DNA of 64,000 nt from Bacteriovoracaceae bacterium (GTDB taxonomy: Bacteria > Bdellovibrionota > Bacteriovoracia > Bacteriovoracales > Bacteriovoracaceae), in the NCBI GenBank assembly GCA_048270185.1, contig JBLWTJ010000001.1, positions 544,001 to 608,000 on the forward strand, in the 5' to 3' direction. Position 1 is the first letter of the stretch, and each line of letters begins with the position of its first letter. The notes below the pieces were generated by a model. The model was not told the origin of the DNA. It saw nothing but the letters and a program-made list of their open reading frames with translations, and ran no database searches. The position numbers and the translations under genes were made by a program. Below are positions 60,438-64,000 of this stretch, in pieces.

Positions 60438-60703
60438 TCAAAGAATAGAAAGCGTTTCTTCTTTTTTATCTGAACACGACGAAAGAATGCTTCATTCTTG
60501 GCCTCATACTTTACTTCGATTTGACCAATCTTTTCAAATTCTTTTAAGTAGGATTCTAAAGCTTCCATGTCCACATCATCCAAGAGGCTTAAATCTTCAC
60601 TTTTGATTGAAATTAGAATATTTTCCATATTCATCCATTCAAAGAATGAGATATTTTCTAAAATTATTTCTTGGGCAAGTTCATTATCATTCATCGAATT
60701 CAC
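60434..60703 (-). CDS. Hypothetical protein
   Basis: 89-aa ORF with an upstream aggag RBS; fills the gap between neighbours. Confidence 0.65.
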   Translation of the reverse strand: MNSMNDNELAQEIILENISFFEWMNMENILISIKSEDLSLLDDVDMEALESYLKEFEKIGQIEVKYEAKNEAFFRRVQIKKKKRFLFFD

Positions 60704-60739
60704 TTTTAAATTCTCCTAAGCACTACTATTATAGTTCAT

Positions 60740-61396
60740 ATGAAAATGAAAAATTCCCATATAGAAGTTGATGCCCCTATTCCTTTTAACTACTTAGAAT
60801 TAGGCAATGAAAAGAGTGAAAAGAACCTGTTAATCCTCCATGGTTTTGCCCAAAATAATGAGCAAATTCTCGATGAATTAGTGAAGAAACTCGATCCATC
60901 AATAAGTGAAAATTATCGCATCTTCATCCCTAATGGAATCTTTCCAATTCCTAAGATAAGAAGAGAAGGTATCAAGTACCGCTATAGCTGGTACTTCTTT
61001 GATGGAAGTAGGCAAGAATACTACGTGGATATGATCACACCGATGACGGCCATCATGAACTTCTTTAAACAATTGGAGCTAAAGGAAGTCATCGTTGTTG
61101 GTTATTCTCAAGGCGGATACCTTGCCCCAATTCTTGCAAGTCACTGCTCTATTGTTTCTGAAACAATTTCACTAAATGCAAATACAAGAGTTGATAAACT
61201 TGGGCCTGAGAAAAATTTTAAACACACCTCAATTCATAATGAAGGTGATCCAACTGTTGAATGTGAAAATTCATATAAGAGTTATGAGGCCTTAAAAGAA
61301 ATTATTAGTGAGGCCGAGTATTTTAAATTACCTGTTAATACTCATGAGATCACACAAGAGAGTATTTCAATTATCAATGATTTATTAGAAATCTAA
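60740..61396 (+). CDS. Alpha/beta hydrolase (esterase)
   Basis: LHGFAQ, GYSQGG nucleophile elbow, and D/H triad candidates (GDPTV, THEI). Confidence 0.88.
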   Translation: MKMKNSHIEVDAPIPFNYLELGNEKSEKNLLILHGFAQNNEQILDELVKKLDPSISENYRIFIPNGIFPIPKIRREGIKYRYSWYFFDGSRQEYYVDMITPMTAIMNFFKQLELKEVIVVGYSQGGYLAPILASHCSIVSETISLNANTRVDKLGPEKNFKHTSIHNEGDPTVECENSYKSYEALKEIISEAEYFKLPVNTHEITQESISIINDLLEI

Positions 61397-62404
61397 TAAG
61401 AGATTTAAGAATTCCTTTCTCTTCTTAATTGAAATATCACGATTCACAACAAAGTTTGCATGACCTTCCCCTTGATGAAATTCAATGGTCCACATTGGAT
61501 TTGCTGAGTAAGGGAGCATGCTATAGCGAGAGTCTACAATTGAGCTCTTCTCACCCCAATGAAGAAAACCATCAGTGAAGTGTTTGAAACGTTCATAGTC
61601 ATACATGAAATTCTTTGACTGATAATGACTTAAAAGGTTCTTAACTTGTTCTTCTTTGACAATAGGAGCAGTCTCACTCTTTTCATATAATTTGATCGCA
61701 CCAAAAGGAATACTTTTTACAGCATAGAAGTGAGCATAGCTGCCATCATCAACGATCGCTCGCCAAATGACATTATTAAAAATAGTGGGTTTAACCATGA
61801 AACGTTTTGAATCATTATTAATTTTCCCCTCATTTATGAGAAATCTCGTCACGCGCATATTCTGATAGTGGCCAAGGTATAAGAAGAAGGCCAGATAACT
61901 AATGGCCAAGTAATTAAGACGAGGCTTTGAAAACTTAAGAGCACACCCTACTAAAATTAAAAGAGGTATCGTACAAAGAGGATCAATAACAGATACGGTA
62001 TTTAAGGCAACACGAGTTGAACTTAGTGGCCAAAATAATTGTGTCCCATAATTTGTAAAAGCATCAAGTAATCCATGAGTTGCATAGCCTAAGAATGTAT
62101 AGAGGTAGCTTCGTTTAATTGGCACACGAAAAAGTTTAAGAAATAAACTAACAACTAAGGCCCCAAGAGGAATAAAGAAGAGCGAGTGAGTAAAGTGTCT
62201 GTGATACTGGACATGAAAGAGAGGATCACTAGATGAGCGAATTAGAATATCCAGATCAGGGGCCATGCCACCAAGAGCTCCCCAAAGAGCGATGGCCCAA
62301 AGAGAAGGCCCCTTAGCTTCCTTTAGTTTCTTTACTTTCTTTTGACCTGAGACAGTTGCCACAGCGGCCATTGTCCCCACCACGGCCTGAGAAATTGGAT
62401 CCAT
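61385..62404 (-). CDS. Membrane metal-dependent hydrolase (YdjM-like)
   Basis: MDPISQ, APDLD, HRHFTHSL and HGLLDAFTNYGT. Confidence 0.88.
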   Translation of the reverse strand: MDPISQAVVGTMAAVATVSGQKKVKKLKEAKGPSLWAIALWGALGGMAPDLDILIRSSSDPLFHVQYHRHFTHSLFFIPLGALVVSLFLKLFRVPIKRSYLYTFLGYATHGLLDAFTNYGTQLFWPLSSTRVALNTVSVIDPLCTIPLLILVGCALKFSKPRLNYLAISYLAFFLYLGHYQNMRVTRFLINEGKINNDSKRFMVKPTIFNNVIWRAIVDDGSYAHFYAVKSIPFGAIKLYEKSETAPIVKEEQVKNLLSHYQSKNFMYDYERFKHFTDGFLHWGEKSSIVDSRYSMLPYSANPMWTIEFHQGEGHANFVVNRDISIKKRKEFLNLLLDF

Positions 62405-62455
62405 TAAGCGTTCCTCAAATCTAGTTTATCTAACCCTCCTATGTTACCATAAAGC

Positions 62456-63193
62456 ATGGATTTTCTAAAAGAATTGCCTGAACTTAAGGCGATAAAAAAT
62501 ATTTGTATTCTCACAGGGGCCGGTATTTCAAAGGAATCAGGGCTTAAGACCTTTCGTGACCAAAACGGTCTATGGGAAAACCACGATATATATGAAGTCG
62601 CCTCACCTCTTGCTTTTAAGAATAACCCAGCACTAGTTTATGAGTTCTATAATCAGCGTCGCAGACAATTATTAAGTGATGAAGTTCATGCAAATGAGGC
62701 CCATCATCAATTAGGTAAGCTCAATAATAGTGATCAATTTAATGTCAGTATCATCACGCAAAATGTTGATGATCTGCATGAGCGCGGGGGCTGCCACGAT
62801 GTCCTCCATATGCATGGTGAACTGCTTAAGGCCCGTTGTACCAAAACACAAAGAGTCTTTGAGTGGCGCGAGGAATTAACCAGTGAAAGTCGCTGTTCTT
62901 GCTGTCATACCAAGGGGAACCTTAGACCAGATATTGTCTGGTTTGGAGAGATGCCTCATCATCTTGATGAAATTCAAGCTAATCTTGAAAAATGTGACCT
63001 CTTCATCTCAATTGGAACTTCAGGGCTAGTCTATCCGGCCGCGAACTTTGTAAGCCTTGCCAAGCAAGTTGGGGCCTTCTGCCTCGAAATTAACCCCCAT
63101 CCAACCAATAATGCTGATTTCTTTGACCTGACAATTAAAGATAATGCCACAACAGGCGTGACAAACCTCGTCAATAAACTCATTTGTCCGTGA
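62456..63193 (+). CDS. cobB: NAD-dependent deacylase (sirtuin CobB)
   Basis: LTGAGISKESG, TQNVDDLHE, HMHG, RPDIVWFGE and GTSGLVYPAA. Confidence 0.95.
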   Translation: MDFLKELPELKAIKNICILTGAGISKESGLKTFRDQNGLWENHDIYEVASPLAFKNNPALVYEFYNQRRRQLLSDEVHANEAHHQLGKLNNSDQFNVSIITQNVDDLHERGGCHDVLHMHGELLKARCTKTQRVFEWREELTSESRCSCCHTKGNLRPDIVWFGEMPHHLDEIQANLEKCDLFISIGTSGLVYPAANFVSLAKQVGAFCLEINPHPTNNADFFDLTIKDNATTGVTNLVNKLICP

Positions 63194-63275
63194 AGATATT
63201 TCAATCCTAAACCTTAGTCTTTTAATTCTGTAACTCGTTCGCTATAAGATCTTGCAATGAAAAATTGGAGATCAT

Positions 63276-63623
63276 ATGAAATCAATAATCGCTATTTTAC
63301 TAGTGGGATTAACAACGTCTGTAAGTGCTCAAGGCCTTAGAGATATTTGTGAGAACGCATACTATGCAACAGGTTACACAAAACTTCACCAATACTCGAT
63401 TACTGTGTACTGGGCCCGTATCTCAGACCACGCTCTAGTGGAGTTGGAAGATATTGTTTATGGTGATCTTTTTAAAGTTCTTAGTGAAAAAGAACTCGGT
63501 GAAAACCGTAGTCGATATATTTTAAAAGAAAGAATTGGATACGAAGGTTACCAGTATCAAGCGGCCCTTAACCGTCTTGAGAAAATTACAGGTAGAAAAG
63601 CTTCTTGTGTCTATCAATTATAG
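63276..63623 (+). CDS. Hypothetical secreted protein
   Basis: RBS ggag; signal peptide; two Cys, one near each end. Confidence 0.78.
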   Translation: MKSIIAILLVGLTTSVSAQGLRDICENAYYATGYTKLHQYSITVYWARISDHALVELEDIVYGDLFKVLSEKELGENRSRYILKERIGYEGYQYQAALNRLEKITGRKASCVYQL

Positions 63624-63634
63624 GAGATTAAAGG

Positions 63635-63913
63635 ATGAAAAAAGTATTACTACTAGCTACACTTATGTTTAACGTTGCTGCAATTGATTACACTTATGTA
63701 AATTGCGCAAGAGAAGCTCAAGAAATTTGTTCAGAGCTTAAAGATAGAAAAGACTTCAACGCTTGTTACTACTCACAACTTGAGTGGTGTGTAGCTGATG
63801 CACAAGGTGAATTTGGATTTAACAAGTCTGTTCCAGGTTGTTTCAAGCAGTGTTCATTTATTGCTGACGAAGCACACAGAGAAATGTGTTATAGAACTTG
63901 TACTGAAAAGTAA
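63635..63913 (+). CDS. Small secreted protein with eight Cys
   Basis: RBS; signal peptide; C-x7-C-x11-C-x7-C then C-x3-C-x11-C-x3-C. Confidence 0.78.
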   Translation: MKKVLLLATLMFNVAAIDYTYVNCAREAQEICSELKDRKDFNACYYSQLEWCVADAQGEFGFNKSVPGCFKQCSFIADEAHREMCYRTCTEK

Positions 63914-63937
63914 TTTAGATTTAAATGACGATATAAG

Positions 63938-63966
63938 AAAAAGGGCATCATATGATGCCCTTTTTT
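63938..63966 (+). terminator. Intrinsic terminator
   Basis: aaaaagggcatca-ta-tgatgccc-tttttt. Confidence 0.88.
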
Positions 63967-64000
63967 ATTTGTGTTTTATTATCGTTCAATAATTGCAACA

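Noticed and set aside
62456..63193. Sirtuin as an anti-phage Sir2 (Thoeris/DSR) effector
   Set aside because: It is a typical short CobB with a zinc-binding region and no defence partners.

Overview
AT-rich bacterial chromosomal window with dense coding (about 55 CDS). I see no rRNA, tRNA or CRISPR array. Many secreted proteases, large Cys-rich exported proteins, a fused ccoNO and type III GlnA suggest a predatory Bdellovibrionota such as Halobacteriovorax/Bacteriovorax (inference). Recognisable housekeeping content: heterodimeric ABC exporter, uup, cinA, hybrid Prx-Grx, GS-III, PPTase, an FNR-like regulator with a cbb3 oxidase operon (ccoI-S-NO-Q-P-G plus a DsbD_2-like gene), and cobB. Best candidate for an undescribed system (20147-32206): an operon encoding a 1765-aa MotB/ZorB-like protein (TM Asp, about 1500-aa coiled coil built from 62-aa and 21-aa tandem repeats, C-terminal OmpA-like domain), a MotA/ZorA-like channel and a stand-alone cNMP-binding protein, set head-to-head with a 1.6k-aa Cys-rich lipoprotein. 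Other leads: window-wide GGCC over-representation together with an orphan C5 DNA methyltransferase; a RAYT transposase with REP/REPIN-like repeats; an MnmA paralog lacking the catalytic residues; a lipoprotein-type Ppx/GppA; a desaturase-fabG-fabZ-fabI cassette; a three-acyltransferase operon; and several unannotated small ORFs. All calls are by-eye motif recognition, with no database searches.
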